A DNA stretch of 64,000 nucleotides from Macrostomum lignano. Taxonomy: Eukaryota. Below the pieces are notes generated by a model, which was not told the DNA's origin, searched no databases, and saw only the letters and a program-made list of their open reading frames with translations. Positions 28,101-37,229 of the stretch are shown one piece after another; positions within the stretch are counted from its first letter, which is position 1; every line of letters begins with the position of its first letter. The position numbers were made by a program, and so were the translations under genes. The DNA is taken from assembly GCA_002269645.1 (NCBI GenBank), contig NIVC01001894.1, positions 1 to 64,000 of the forward strand. Reading direction: 5' to 3'.

Positions 28101-31100
28101 CTGTAACAAACCCGTCAGGGTCAGCACCGTCATCGCCTGCTGTAATACCTGCGAAGGCTTCTTTCACAATGCGTGCACGGCTGCGACGCGGGAGCAGATC
28201 AAACGCGAAGTCAGCCGAGGTCTCTGGAGATTCACTTGTTGCTCTAATGCTGCTCGCCGGCCGAGCCCGACATCTCCGATTGAAGATGACCCATCCGAAC
28301 CCCTGAGACACCACCCGTGCATCCTGTCCGGCTGGAGAAAAGCTGAGCCGAACCTTAAAATTATCCAATGGAACGCGGACGGCATTTCAAACAAAAGCTC
28401 GCTCACAGGGTCCAAGCTGATATCATTACTATTCAAGAAAGTAAGCTTACGTCGTTCCACAAGACTCCTAAACTGCCAGGGTTCGCTGTGATCCGCAAAG
28501 ACCGAAAGGTTGCGAGGCGCGACCCCAACATCAAAGGAGGCGGCCTCCTGTGCTACATTCGGCTTGGCATTCCATTTCGCAAACTCCGGGGATGGACAGG
28601 CGGCACCACTGAAGGATGTCGCTTTGTCGTCAATGACTCCACCAGAAACAAGCTCATCATCTCTAATATCTACCGCCCCCCCATCCGGCGTGTGGAGGGC
28701 GAAGACCACCGGGAGCACCCGAGCGTGGACGACTGGCTCAAATGCCACAATCGCGAGCTCATCACTGGGGATCTGAATCTCCACCACCCTGCTTGGGGTA
28801 GCGAGGGAGACCAAGGCAGGGACAGCGCTGCTCAATCCAGATGCCTCCTCGACTGGTGCTCCACCTCTCAGTACCGCATTCTGAACACTGGCGAACATAC
28901 CTGTGTAGACCGCCACTCCGGTCGTACCAGCGCTCCCGACCTCACCATCGCCAGCGGCGGTCTTGCCTCTCAGTGCACCTGGACTGTTTTAAATGAACTT
29001 GGCTCTGATCACAAACCCATCCAAGCACCCTGGACCACCCTTGCCGAGCCCAATCAGTTCCACTGGTCCTGGAAGAAAGCTGACTGGTCCGCCTACAGGT
29101 CCCTGCTCGGAAGCAGCAAGTCTCCCGCCTTTGCAACGGCATGTTGTCTGCCGCCTCTGCTGCTATTCCGAAAAAGAAAGTCTCTAAGAAGAATAAGCCG
29201 TATTGGGACGAGGAACTGAGCGAACTCAGGAATACCCGGAACCAACTCCGGGAGTCTGGCGCCCCACCGGACCTCTGGAGGGAAAAGAGCCTTGAACTCA
29301 GTAAGCTCTGCGCTGACAAGAAAAGAGCGTTCTGGAGGGAGTATGTGCACAAACTGTCAGAATCCTCCGACCCCAAACAGACCTGGAGAACCATCAAGTG
29401 CCTCAACAACGGAGGACAAGGGTCGAACCCCAATGAAATTCTGGTTGTTGACGGACGCGAACTGTGCACTGACAAAGACAAGGCTAACGCCTTCGGCCGC
29501 TACTACAAAGACATCAGCTCCCTTCATCATGACGTTGCTGACCGCAAGTTTAAGGTCAACACTGCCAACAGGCTGGCTAATTACCACTCCGACGACCTGA
29601 ACTACCACCGTCCTTTCACTTCAGGAGAGCTGAGGAGGGCCATCGACAAGCTCGATCCTGGTAAAAAATGCGGTCCTGATGGCATCGAAGCTGCTTTCTT
29701 CATCAATCTCCCTGATTCCTGGCTTAAAGCCTGGCTTAAGATCTTCAATCGCTGCTGGAGCATCGGCCATTGTCCTGGAAACTGGAAAAATGCCGTCATC
29801 ATCCCGCTGCTGAAGGACGGGAAAGACCCCAAAGAATGTGGAAGCTACCGTCCCGTCAGCCTCACCTCTATCTGCTGTAAAATCCTGGAAAGGCTGATCC
29901 TGGACCGTCTCTTTCACTGGCTGGAGCATCACAATAAAATCCTTCCCTGGCAAGCCGGCTTCCAGCGTGGCCGCAGCTGCGAGGAGCAAGTGGCTTGGCT
30001 GGTCCAGGCCATCCAGGACGGCTGGGAACAGTCTCCGCACCTGAAGACCCTTGCAGTTCTGATCGACTGTTCGCGCGCTTTTGACCGCGTCTGGAGGATC
30101 TCCTGTCTAATGGATGAGGGTCTGCCGGCTTGTATGGTGAGATGGTTTGCTAGCTTCCTGGAGGGCAGGCAGATCGCGGTCCGCATAGGCAGCACCATCG
30201 GCAAATAGTGCAGGCTCAGGGAGGGCGTCCCGCAAGGCGCCGTCAGCTCCCCGGTCCTGTTCCTCCTCTACATCAACGCCTGGGCTGACCACATCGTCCA
30301 AGAGGTCGATTACAGTGGATACGCGGACGACCTCGCCATCTGGGCCTCCGGCAGGAATATCACAGATGTCCGTGAGCGCATTCAAAGGGCCCTCTACCTT
30401 ATCGAAAAGTGGGCCAAAAATCATCGCATCGAACTCAACCCTTCGAAGACTGAATACTGCCTGCTCTCTCGCAACCGAGCCGATCGAGACACCACCGTTC
30501 ATCTCTCGTTGCTTGGGCGTCCTATCCCCAGTAAGCCGGCGCTGAAGTTCCTCGGGGTCTGGATTGACCGCGGACTTCTTTTCGACAAACATCTGAGCGA
30601 AATCAAGGAAAAAATGCTCCGTCGAACTGCCATCACCAAAGCTTTAGCAAACCGGGATTGGGGATGGGATCGCCTCCTCCTCCTCAAAGTCTACCGTGCT
30701 TTGGTCGAGTCGGTGATCTGGCATGCTGCATCGGCCTGGACGCCCTGGTTGTCCAAGACTCGCCTGGATGAACTGGACCGCGCCCAAAGGGAGGCGCTGC
30801 GCACCATCACCGGCCTGCCAGGATCCACCCCCATGGAAGCTATTTACCTGGAGGCTCAGGTCGACCCCATCAGCGTTGAGGCCCGCAGGCGTGCTCTGCT
30901 CACCTACGAGAAAGCCATCCGTCGCCCTCTCAGCGACCCGTTTCGCCAGATCTGTGAAAAACACTCGAACGTCCGACTCGCGGCCAACAGAGGCCTGCGC
31001 GAACAAGCGAGGCGCATCTGCGATTCCATGATGCCGCTCCCACGTATGCCCTTCCACCTTACACCCCGTCCACCCTGGGCCTCACTCGTCGACCAGGGCA

Positions 31101-32617
31101 TTAACTGTTTCCCCGATCTGCCAGACCTGGGAGCCACTTCGACTGAACAAACTCTTGCAGCCATTGAGCAACGCTGCCCAGGATCCTGCACCTACTACAC
31201 CGATGGCTCGGCCACCGGAGGGGTCGAAAACGGCGGAGCCGCTTGGATCCTCCTCGACCATGATGGCACCAGCCGTCGCCGCGGGCACGCAGCAGCTGGT
31301 CGCTGGTGCAACTCCTACGAAGCCGAATTAATGGCCATCAAGCTCGCCCTGGAAGACATTATCAGCTCCGAACCGCGCCATGCCGTCATACTGACCGACA
31401 GCCAGAGCGCCATCGCCGCCATTAAAGCTGACCGTCCAACCCTCAACCTGCGGCTTGAGCAAGTTAAAGATCTCCTCGCTAACGCAGCCATGCACACGAA
31501 GATTACCCTGCAATGGGTTCCGGGACACTCGGGAGTGCCCGGTAACGAACTGGTCGACGCAGAGGCCAAGCTCGCGGCCACACTGCCTCAAGACCTAAAG
31601 AGCTAAAGAGCGCATCCGCCATCATCTCAAGTACCGCCCAACCCTTCATGGGCACTTGGCCGAGGTCTATGGTAAAACGATCTCCTTCCAGCAGGGACCG
31701 CGTCGCCAACAAATCCTCGTGGCGCAGGTCAGAGCAGGCCACTGCCCTGACTCCAACTATTATCGCAACCGCACTGACATCACCGAAGGCGGCCCCTGCC
31801 GACTTTGCCTGGATGTTCCGGACCAATTTCACCTCTGGACCTGCCCTAAGCTCGAAGCTAATCGGCGCAACATCGGCGTCACTAGTCTGAGTGACTTTGC
31901 ACGTGGTGACTTGGTGGCGCAGCTCCTGGGAGCCGTCGACTGGCGGCCCCTGTGAGTTGCTCACCGCAGACAACAACAACAACAGCAGCCTCACCGCAGA
32001 CGCTCCTCCTCCTCCTGCTCGCTGGTGCGCAGCCGCATCAGCACTTCGGCAATCTGGCGCCGCTCCGCGTCGGTCAGACCGCTGAGGTCCGGCTCCGGCG
32101 GCGTCACCGGCGAGTCGCAGGATTCATCCGAGTCGACAACGGCGCTTCGACGCTCAGAGTCGTCATCGTCGGCATCGAGTAGGTCTTCGTTGGCTTCGAC
32201 TAGCTTTAGCGACGCTTTTCTGCCGGACAAACCGCCGGATGCGCCGATGGTCGACAGGACGCGGGCAGCCGGCGACAGAAACTGCAGCAGAGAGTCGCCG
32301 CCGCCTCTGCCGCCTTCGGCATCGTCTAGCGACAGTTTCCGGGGCAATAGTTTTCGCCGCAGCTCGCGGCTTTGATATCCTCCGACAGCTTGCGGCAGCG
32401 GCAGTGGCGGCGGCGTTTCCCTTTGATCTTTGCCAGCTTCGGGTTCTGTAGATTCCGGCTCGGCCGCCTGAGCGGCTGCAGTGTCGGACAGCGAGCGCGA
32501 CCAGATGCGCCTGACGAACTGCATGCCGCTAATTGGGCCTGGCGGGGTCGCGGGGGGCAAGCTTTTATTTCGGTGAGAATTTCTGCTACCGCGAATTTTG
32601 AGCCATTCCTTGCGCAT
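707..32617 (-). CDS. Multi-exon gene: RIM/Piccolo/Fife-family presynaptic active-zone scaffold (Rab-binding helix + Zn finger, Q-rich region, PDZ, C2A, C2B), ~1640 aa
   Basis: 15 exons joined by hand; every junction is GT-AG and phase-consistent: 32617-31995, 23783-23606, 22300-22175, 21785-21159, 15544-14650, 13385-13306, 12187-12097, 11205-10968, 8560-8499, 8016-7083, 6744-6563, 5917-5733, 4538-4475, 2005-1832, ~1181-707 (one frameshift in the last exon). Motifs: PDLSGLTDAERRQI, CPLC..CRECRRLVCYDC..WICAVC..SGSWF, PDZ, C2A DLNGLADPFVK/WDYDR..NDFMG/DNQPRWY, LGPGQL, GWYKL. Confidence 0.9.
1408..1812. repeat. ~47-bp minisatellite GAGAAATGGCATCCTAGGGATCTTTGAGG..
   Basis: Tandem units. Confidence 0.95.
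1832..2005 (-). CDS. RIM/Piccolo-like exon 14: pre-C2B segment
   Basis: SQSDSSCS...RRWLGPGQLLLIG matches the RIM LGPGQL motif; TTTTGCAG acceptor, G|GTGAGC donor. Confidence 0.82.
2700..3555. repeat. 30-bp tandem repeat CAGATCCTTCAGTGACCTCTGCTGTCCTCT
   Basis: ~28 units; long open frames on both strands. Confidence 0.95.
4026..4105. repeat. (CTCA)n microsatellite
   Basis: Direct. Confidence 0.97.
4475..4538 (-). CDS. RIM/Piccolo-like exon 13 (64 nt)
   Basis: GACAG acceptor, G|GTGAGC donor; phase 0 in, 1 out. Confidence 0.7.
4596..5711. repeat. 20-bp minisatellite GACAGTAGAGTGACATTAGG
   Basis: Tandem units. Confidence 0.97.
5733..5917 (-). CDS. RIM/Piccolo-like exon 12: C2A end
   Basis: DRKLMDNQPRWYTL resembles Piccolo LDNTPRWYPL; donor position inferred from phase. 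Confidence 0.82.
5938..6385. repeat. 10/20-bp minisatellite CTAGAGACAGTCAGAGACAT
   Basis: Tandem units abutting the exon 12 acceptor. Confidence 0.92.
6563..6744 (-). CDS. RIM/Piccolo-like exon 11: C2A core
   Basis: NTLEPDWQQTVVF...LDISVWDYDRLKTNDFMGRCVIRL, close to Piccolo C2A VWDYDRFSSNDFLG. Confidence 0.92.
7083..8016 (-). CDS. RIM/Piccolo-like exon 10: QQPQTL repeats and start of C2A
   Basis: GEISVQLHFDDYDSSLTVHIARARGLPPMDLNGLADPFVKVRLMP; AG|GTGAGA donor. Confidence 0.9.
8499..8560 (-). CDS. RIM/Piccolo-like exon 9 (62 nt)
   Basis: TTTTTCAG acceptor, G|GTGAGG donor; phase 2 in, 1 out is exactly what joins exon 8 to exon 10. Confidence 0.75.
8670..10352. repeat. ~36-42-bp minisatellite CCATGGACAACTAAAGCAGAAGGA..
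   Basis: Tandem units with a polar variant gradient. Confidence 0.97.
10968..11205 (-). CDS. RIM/Piccolo-like exon 8: PDZ domain
   Basis: GYGVGLVVEAG...VVQDILPGSVCD...IGEGDEVVEWNG; phase 1 in, 2 out. Confidence 0.9.
11232..11600. repeat. 33-bp minisatellite GAGATACTCTCTATGGCACTCGTGGGACACTACT
   Basis: Tandem units. Confidence 0.93.
12097..12187 (-). CDS. RIM/Piccolo-like exon 7: PDZ lead-in
   Basis: QVKRLLLTRDTRDKSNRG resembles Piccolo RIKITRDSKD; G|GTAAGG donor. Confidence 0.82.
12240..12552. repeat. ~32-bp minisatellite AGCAGACAGTGAGAGGTAGACAAGGATAGGG
   Basis: Tandem units. Confidence 0.93.
13306..13385 (-). CDS. RIM/Piccolo-like exon 6
   Basis: 80 nt; CGCAG acceptor, GTGAGT donor; phase 1 in, 0 out bridges its neighbours. 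Confidence 0.75.
13566..14540. repeat. 21-28-bp minisatellite GTGTACACCACCCCTGATTCTTCT
   Basis: Tandem units. Confidence 0.97.
14650..15544 (-). CDS. RIM/Piccolo-like exon 5: Q-rich / coiled-coil region
   Basis: Open frame containing ELMRKETRIVQLEREIERRRRQ; TAATAG acceptor (position least certain), G|GTGCGC donor; phase 0 in, 1 out. Confidence 0.75.
15985..16440. repeat. ~31-bp minisatellite CATCAGGCTGAGGATATTGAGACAAAGACTA
   Basis: Tandem units. Confidence 0.92.
17445..17825. repeat. Degenerate ~12-bp repeat TCTAACATCTGT(G)
   Basis: Tandem units. Confidence 0.85.
18243..18915. repeat. 21-bp minisatellite CATCCTCATCTCTACCGATGT followed by CACACATCACCCCATCTCCCT
   Basis: Two adjacent arrays. 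Confidence 0.95.
19835..21135. repeat. 20-bp minisatellite CAGTCTCTATGACTCCCCC(A)
   Basis: Tandem units abutting the exon 4 donor. Confidence 0.97.
21159..21785 (-). CDS. RIM/Piccolo-like exon 4: low-complexity linker
   Basis: Open frame of 627 nt; TTTCAG acceptor, AGC|GTGAGT donor; phase 0/0. Confidence 0.75.
22175..22300 (-). CDS. RIM/Piccolo-like exon 3: zinc finger end
   Basis: FAEWICAVCQQRRHLAASSGSWFHG resembles RIM WVCNLC..SGAWF; 126 nt, phase 0/0. Confidence 0.88.
22410..23614. repeat. 61-bp palindromic minisatellite containing the exon 2 donor site
   Basis: 20 copies of CCGG|GTGAGT on the minus strand, counting the real donor. Confidence 0.95.
23606..23783 (-). CDS. RIM/Piccolo-like exon 2: zinc finger, first part
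   Basis: CPLCAENPVNSTRDDYRCRECRRLVCYDCGSFC; CAG acceptor, GTGAGT donor; phase 2 in, 0 out. Confidence 0.88.
23823..25672. repeat. 31-bp minisatellite GAGTGACAAAGGGGAAATGATATCCTTCAGT
   Basis: ~60 units. Confidence 0.97.
26500..27686 (+). mobile_element. Degenerate Ingi/I-group non-LTR fragments (RNase H piece, then RT piece)
   Basis: IFTDGSV RNase H remnant; WQAG..RSAEEQV..VQHIQDGWE..RWFASFLEGRQ..FADDLAVW, with stops; homologous to the adjacent element. Confidence 0.75.
27687..31983 (+). mobile_element. Ingi-like non-LTR retrotransposon: 2A-like peptide, 2 PHD fingers, APE, RT, RNase H; (CAA)n tail; disrupted
   Basis: LLLRAGDIEPNPGP; two C4HC3-like fingers; IIQWNADG/GDLNLHH/LGSDH (APE); YRPVSLTS/QAGFQRG/GVPQG/YADDL (RT); YTDGS/LTDSQS/QWVPGH..GNELVD (RNase H). 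At least 5 frameshifts or stops. Confidence 0.88.
31995..32617 (-). CDS. RIM/Piccolo-like exon 1: N-terminus and Rab3-binding helix
   Basis: PEPDLSGLTDAERRQIAEVLMRLRTSEQEEEERLR matches the RIM N-terminal helix; donor CG|GTGAGG at 31994. Start codon could be ATG 32617 or the downstream MQFVRR ATG. Confidence 0.85.
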
Positions 32618-33344
32618 GCGAAAATGTACTTTTAGTCCCGAGAGCCAATTAGTCCGTTAAATCAGTTGATTAACTATTACACTGGGGAACTCTTAGCGAG
32701 CAAAGTCTCGACACCTCATCTAATCTTCCCTGTCCGCTTCTCAACATCTCAACTCTCGCTCCACCCCGCCCTACCTCTCCCCATCTCATCTCTCCTTTCA
32801 CTCTGACGTGACTTGCAGTCTTCCCTCTCTCCATCTGATCCCTACATGTAATTTATTATTCAGCGTGACTCGTTCCTTCTTATCCTTCTTAATGCATTAA
32901 TATAATTTACAGAAGTTCAACACAACCCGCTCAATACGAAATTGGCTCAATTATCAACTGTCGATAGTAGCCAAAACCCAGAGAAAAATGGAGCAAAAAA
33001 ATAATTCAAAAATTCCCTTCATAGAATTTTAATATCTCGGAAAAATTTTTCTCTCCATACTGCAAACTCACATTCTTGGCGGTACAGCAGAGGTTTCTAT
33101 AAAATATAGATTATATAGAAATCATGCAGAATCACGATTGCCGAGCTTATGATTCCAGTTGAATGTCAACCGGGGCTGTTTCACTGCGCGCCCAGCTCTG
33201 TATTCCTGCCTATTTTTTTATTAATCTACTCAATTTTCCCTGGGTGCCTTTGAGCAGTGGCTGAGGAAAAAGCTAATCAAGAAGGTTCTACGAGATTTGC
33301 CCACCTACGAGCTGCGTCTGAGTTTTTGCCGCACTGCCAAATAC

Positions 33345-33900
33345 AGACAGAGGCAGCCAGCTGCAGACAGAGGCGCCAGCTGCAGACAGAGGCGCCAGCT
33401 GTACAGACAGAGGCGCCAGCTGCAGACAGAGGCAGCCAGCTGCAGACAGAGGCGCCAGCTGCAGAGAGAGGCAGCCAGCTGCAGACAGAGGCGCCAGCTG
33501 TACAGAGAGAGACGCCAGCTAAAATTTAAGCCTGTACGCTCTGTACGCTCAGCTTCAACAAAACTACAATTCAATTTAGACTGTTCAAATTTTTAGTCAG
33601 GTTATTTTTAGACTTTCACTCCGGCAGTCAATCTAAACAAACTGCAGTCAATCTAAACAAACTGCAGTCAATCTAGACAAACTGCAGTCAATCTAGACAA
33701 ACTGCAGTCAATCTAAACAAACTGCAGTCAATCTAGACAAACTGCAGTCAATCTAAACAAACTGCAGTCAATCTAGACAAACTGCAGTCAATCTAAACAA
33801 ACTGCAGTCAATCTAGACAAACTGCAGTCAATCAAGACAAACTGCAGTCAATCTAAACAAACTGCAGTCAATCAAGACAAACTGCAGTTAATCAAGACAA
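33345..33900. repeat. 18-bp (CAGCTGCAGACAGAGGCGC-type) and 20-bp (AATCTAGACAAACTGCAGTC) arrays
   Basis: Tandem units. Confidence 0.92.
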
Positions 33901-34647
33901 TTACATATATTTTGATGAAAACGCTCTTACCTCATGGCCGAGTTTTTGTCGAGCATTTCAAAGCAACTACTCTAGGTATTCGAAGCCCGTCCCCTAGTAG
34001 CAGCAGACACTGCTGGAAACTCTTCCATTTCAAAGAGCGTACAGTTAGACATAAGAGACAAGGGCTGTCACAATGGTCGGCTAAATCAATGCAGCTTTTA
34101 TTTTAAGCAACGAATTATAGTGTCCTTGACAACTCAACATCTCTAACGCCGGCTGCAGTGCTCAAGCCGCGTCTCTTATTAATCTGTCTGCTCTTCCGCC
34201 CAGCCGCTCTCCTCCATCTCCCTGTCTCTCCCGTCTCAGTATCTGTAGCGCAGGGGAGTGGCTGCTGCTGAATAGGATGCGCGACCCTCTGGTGCTGCCT
34301 GTGAGGCTGGGCGAGAGTGCGGGTACAGGGGAAGGGGGCTATTGTAGCCCTCAACTAGGCATCTCAGGTCGTGCAAGCACGGGGATAGGAGGGCGATTCG
34401 TATAGAATCTATATATGTGGCTAGGCCTCGCTGAGCTAAGGAATTGCAATGAAGGGGGAGAGAAAACAGTTCGGGGAGAAAAAGTGGACTGCCCCTTTTC
34501 ACTGTCAATAAGTAGCTAAATGCTCAAACCCTCATCCGTTCTTGTCTTGATAACAGTTCAGCTGCGCCTGCCACTTGTCTGCAGTGAATTCCCAGCCCGA
34601 TGTATGGCCAAGGGAGATTTTCCTGTCTGCTTTAAATGGGCGATACA

Positions 34648-35493
34648 AACAGAGGGGTTGCCTGCTACAGAGGGGTTGCCTGCTACAGAGGGGTTGCCTG
34701 CTACAGAAGGGGTTGCCTGCTACAGAGGGGTTGCCTGCTACAGAGGGGTTGCCTGCTACAGAGGGGTTGCCTGCTACAGAGGGGTTGCCTGCTACAGAGG
34801 GGTTGCCTGCTACAGAGGGGTTGCCTGCTACAGAGGGGTTGCCTGCTACAGAGGGGTTGCCTGCTACAGAGGGGTTGCCTGCTACAGAAGGGGTTGCCTG
34901 CTACAGAGGGGGTTTCCTGCTACAGAAGGGGTTGCCTGCTACAGAAGGGGTTTCCTGCTACAGAAGGGGTTGCCTGCTACAGAAGGGGTTGCCTGCTACA
35001 GAAGGAGTTTCCTGCTACAGAAGGGGTTGCCTGCTACAGAAGGGGTTTCCTGCTACAGAAGGGGTTTCCTGCTACAGAAGGGGTTGCCTGCTACAGAAGG
35101 GGTTTCCTGCTACAGAAGGGGTTGCCTGCTACAGAAGGGGTTGCCTGCTACAGAAGGGTTGTCTGCTACAGAGAGAGGCGTTAGCTGCAGAGAGAGGCCC
35201 CAGCTGCAGAGAGAGGCCCCAGCTGCAGAGAGAGGCCCCAGCTGCAGAGAGAGGCGCCAGCTGCAGAGAGAGGCGCCAGCTACAGAGAGAGGCGCCAGCT
35301 ACAGAGAGAGGCGCCAGCTACAGAGAGAGGCGCCAGCTACAGAGAGAGGCCCCAGCTGCAGAGAGAGGCCCCAGCTGCAGAGAGAGGCGCCAGCTGCAGA
35401 GAGAGGCGCCAGCTACAGAGAGAGGCGCCAGCTACAGAGAGAGGCGCCAGCTACAGAGAGAGGCGCCAACTGCAGAGAGAGGCCCCAGCTGCA
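34648..35493. repeat. 18-bp minisatellites CCTGCTACAGAGGGGTTG grading into CAGCTGCAGAGAGAGGCGC
   Basis: Tandem units. Confidence 0.95.
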
Positions 35494-35866
35494 GAAGTCC
35501 TTGCGGGTATAGAATCATAAAACCCCACGCGGGTAAAAATATTGATAGCACAGTTGCAAAAATCGGTGGCAACATTTTCTGTATAGCGAAACTGTTTTGG
35601 TTTAATTTAATGAAAAATCAGGACTGAAACTGCTCCAAGCTATTCTTAGCTTTTCAGAAGAAGAGCCTGATGGCATCCCATGCAGTCTACTATGCGCATG
35701 TTATATGTAAAGCATTTTAGCAGTGGTCGAACATTGATTTTAGTCTCTTTTTAAATAAGAGCAGCGCTCACATGTAGCTAGCCTGGATATGTAGCTCTTC
35801 TTCTCATTCCACCAGCTGTAAGAGTGATTAGAGTTAGGATGCTCTCTCCTAGTTCAGCTCCAGTCA

Positions 35867-37034
35867 CATGATGCTTTCGAATAGCTCACATGATGCTTTC
35901 GAATAGCTCAAATGATGCTTTCAAATAGCTCAAATGATGCTTTCGAATAGCTCAAATGATGCTTTCGAATAGCTCACATGATGCTTTCAAATAGCTCAAA
36001 TGATGCTTTCGAATAGCTCAAATGATGCTTTCGAATAGCTTAAATGATGCTTTCGAATAGCTCAAATGATGCTTTCAAATAGCTCAAATGATGCTTTCGA
36101 ATAGCTCCAATGATGCTTTCGAATAGCTCAAATGATGCTTTCGAATAGCTCAAATGATGCTTTCGAATAGCTCAAATGATGCTTTCGAATAGCTTAAATG
36201 ATGCTTTCGAATAGCTCACATGATGCTTTCGAATAGCTCAAATGATGCTTTCGAATAGCTTAAATGATGCTTTCGAATAGCTCAAATGATGCTTTCGAAT
36301 AGCTCAAATGATGCTTTCGAATAGCTCAAATGATGCTTTCGAATAGCTCAAATGATGCTTTCGAATAGCTCAAATGATGCTTTCGAATAGCTCAAATGAT
36401 GCTTTCGAATATCTCAAATGATGCTTTCGAATAGCTCAAATGATGCTTTCGAATAGCTCAAATGATGAATTTCGAATAGCTCAAATGATGATTTCGAATA
36501 ACACAAATGATGCTTTCGAATAACACAAATGATGCTTTCGAATAACACAAATGGTGATTTCGAATAACACAAATGATGATTTCGAATAACACAAATGATG
36601 ATTTCGAATAACACAAATGATGCTTTCGAATAACACAAATGATGATTTCGAATAACACAAATGATGATTTCGAATAACACAAATGATGCTTTCGAATAAC
36701 ACAGATGATGATTTCGAATAACACAGATGATGATTTCGAATAACACAGATGATGCTTTCGAATAACACAAATGATGCTATCGAATAACTCAAATGATGAT
36801 TTCGAATAACACAAATGATGATTTCGAATAACACAAATGATGATTTCGAATAACACAAATGATGCTTTCGAATAACACAAATGATGATTTCGAATAACAC
36901 AAATGATGATTTCGAATAACACAGATGATGCTTTCGAATAACACAAGTGATGATTTCGAATAACACAAATGATGATTTCGAATAACACAGATGATGCTTT
37001 CGAATAACACAAGTGATGATTTCGAATAACACAA
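35867..37034. repeat. 22-bp minisatellite TTTCGAATAGCTCAAATGATGC, switching to ..ATAACACA.. variant
   Basis: Tandem units. Confidence 0.97.
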
Positions 37035-37229
37035 ACTCGTGCTTTAATAAATACGAGCGTAAATCTAAAAGTGATTCAAGTAACTCAGGATGATGCGCGA
37101 GCTGACTTATTCTAAAATAGTCACATTATGTCACCGGATAAAGTAATAATGCCTCACCCACAATGTCTCATTTACAGACAGGGCTGGGCTGCAGATCGCA
37201 GGTACTACACATCCTACACAAAATCCTTA

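Noticed and set aside
226-37034. Dozens of tracked ORFs with periodic peptides (e.g. 13434-14642, 18087-18722, 34520-35627, 36414-37034)
   Set aside because: They are translations of stop-free minisatellite units, with no splice-phase fit and no domain motifs.
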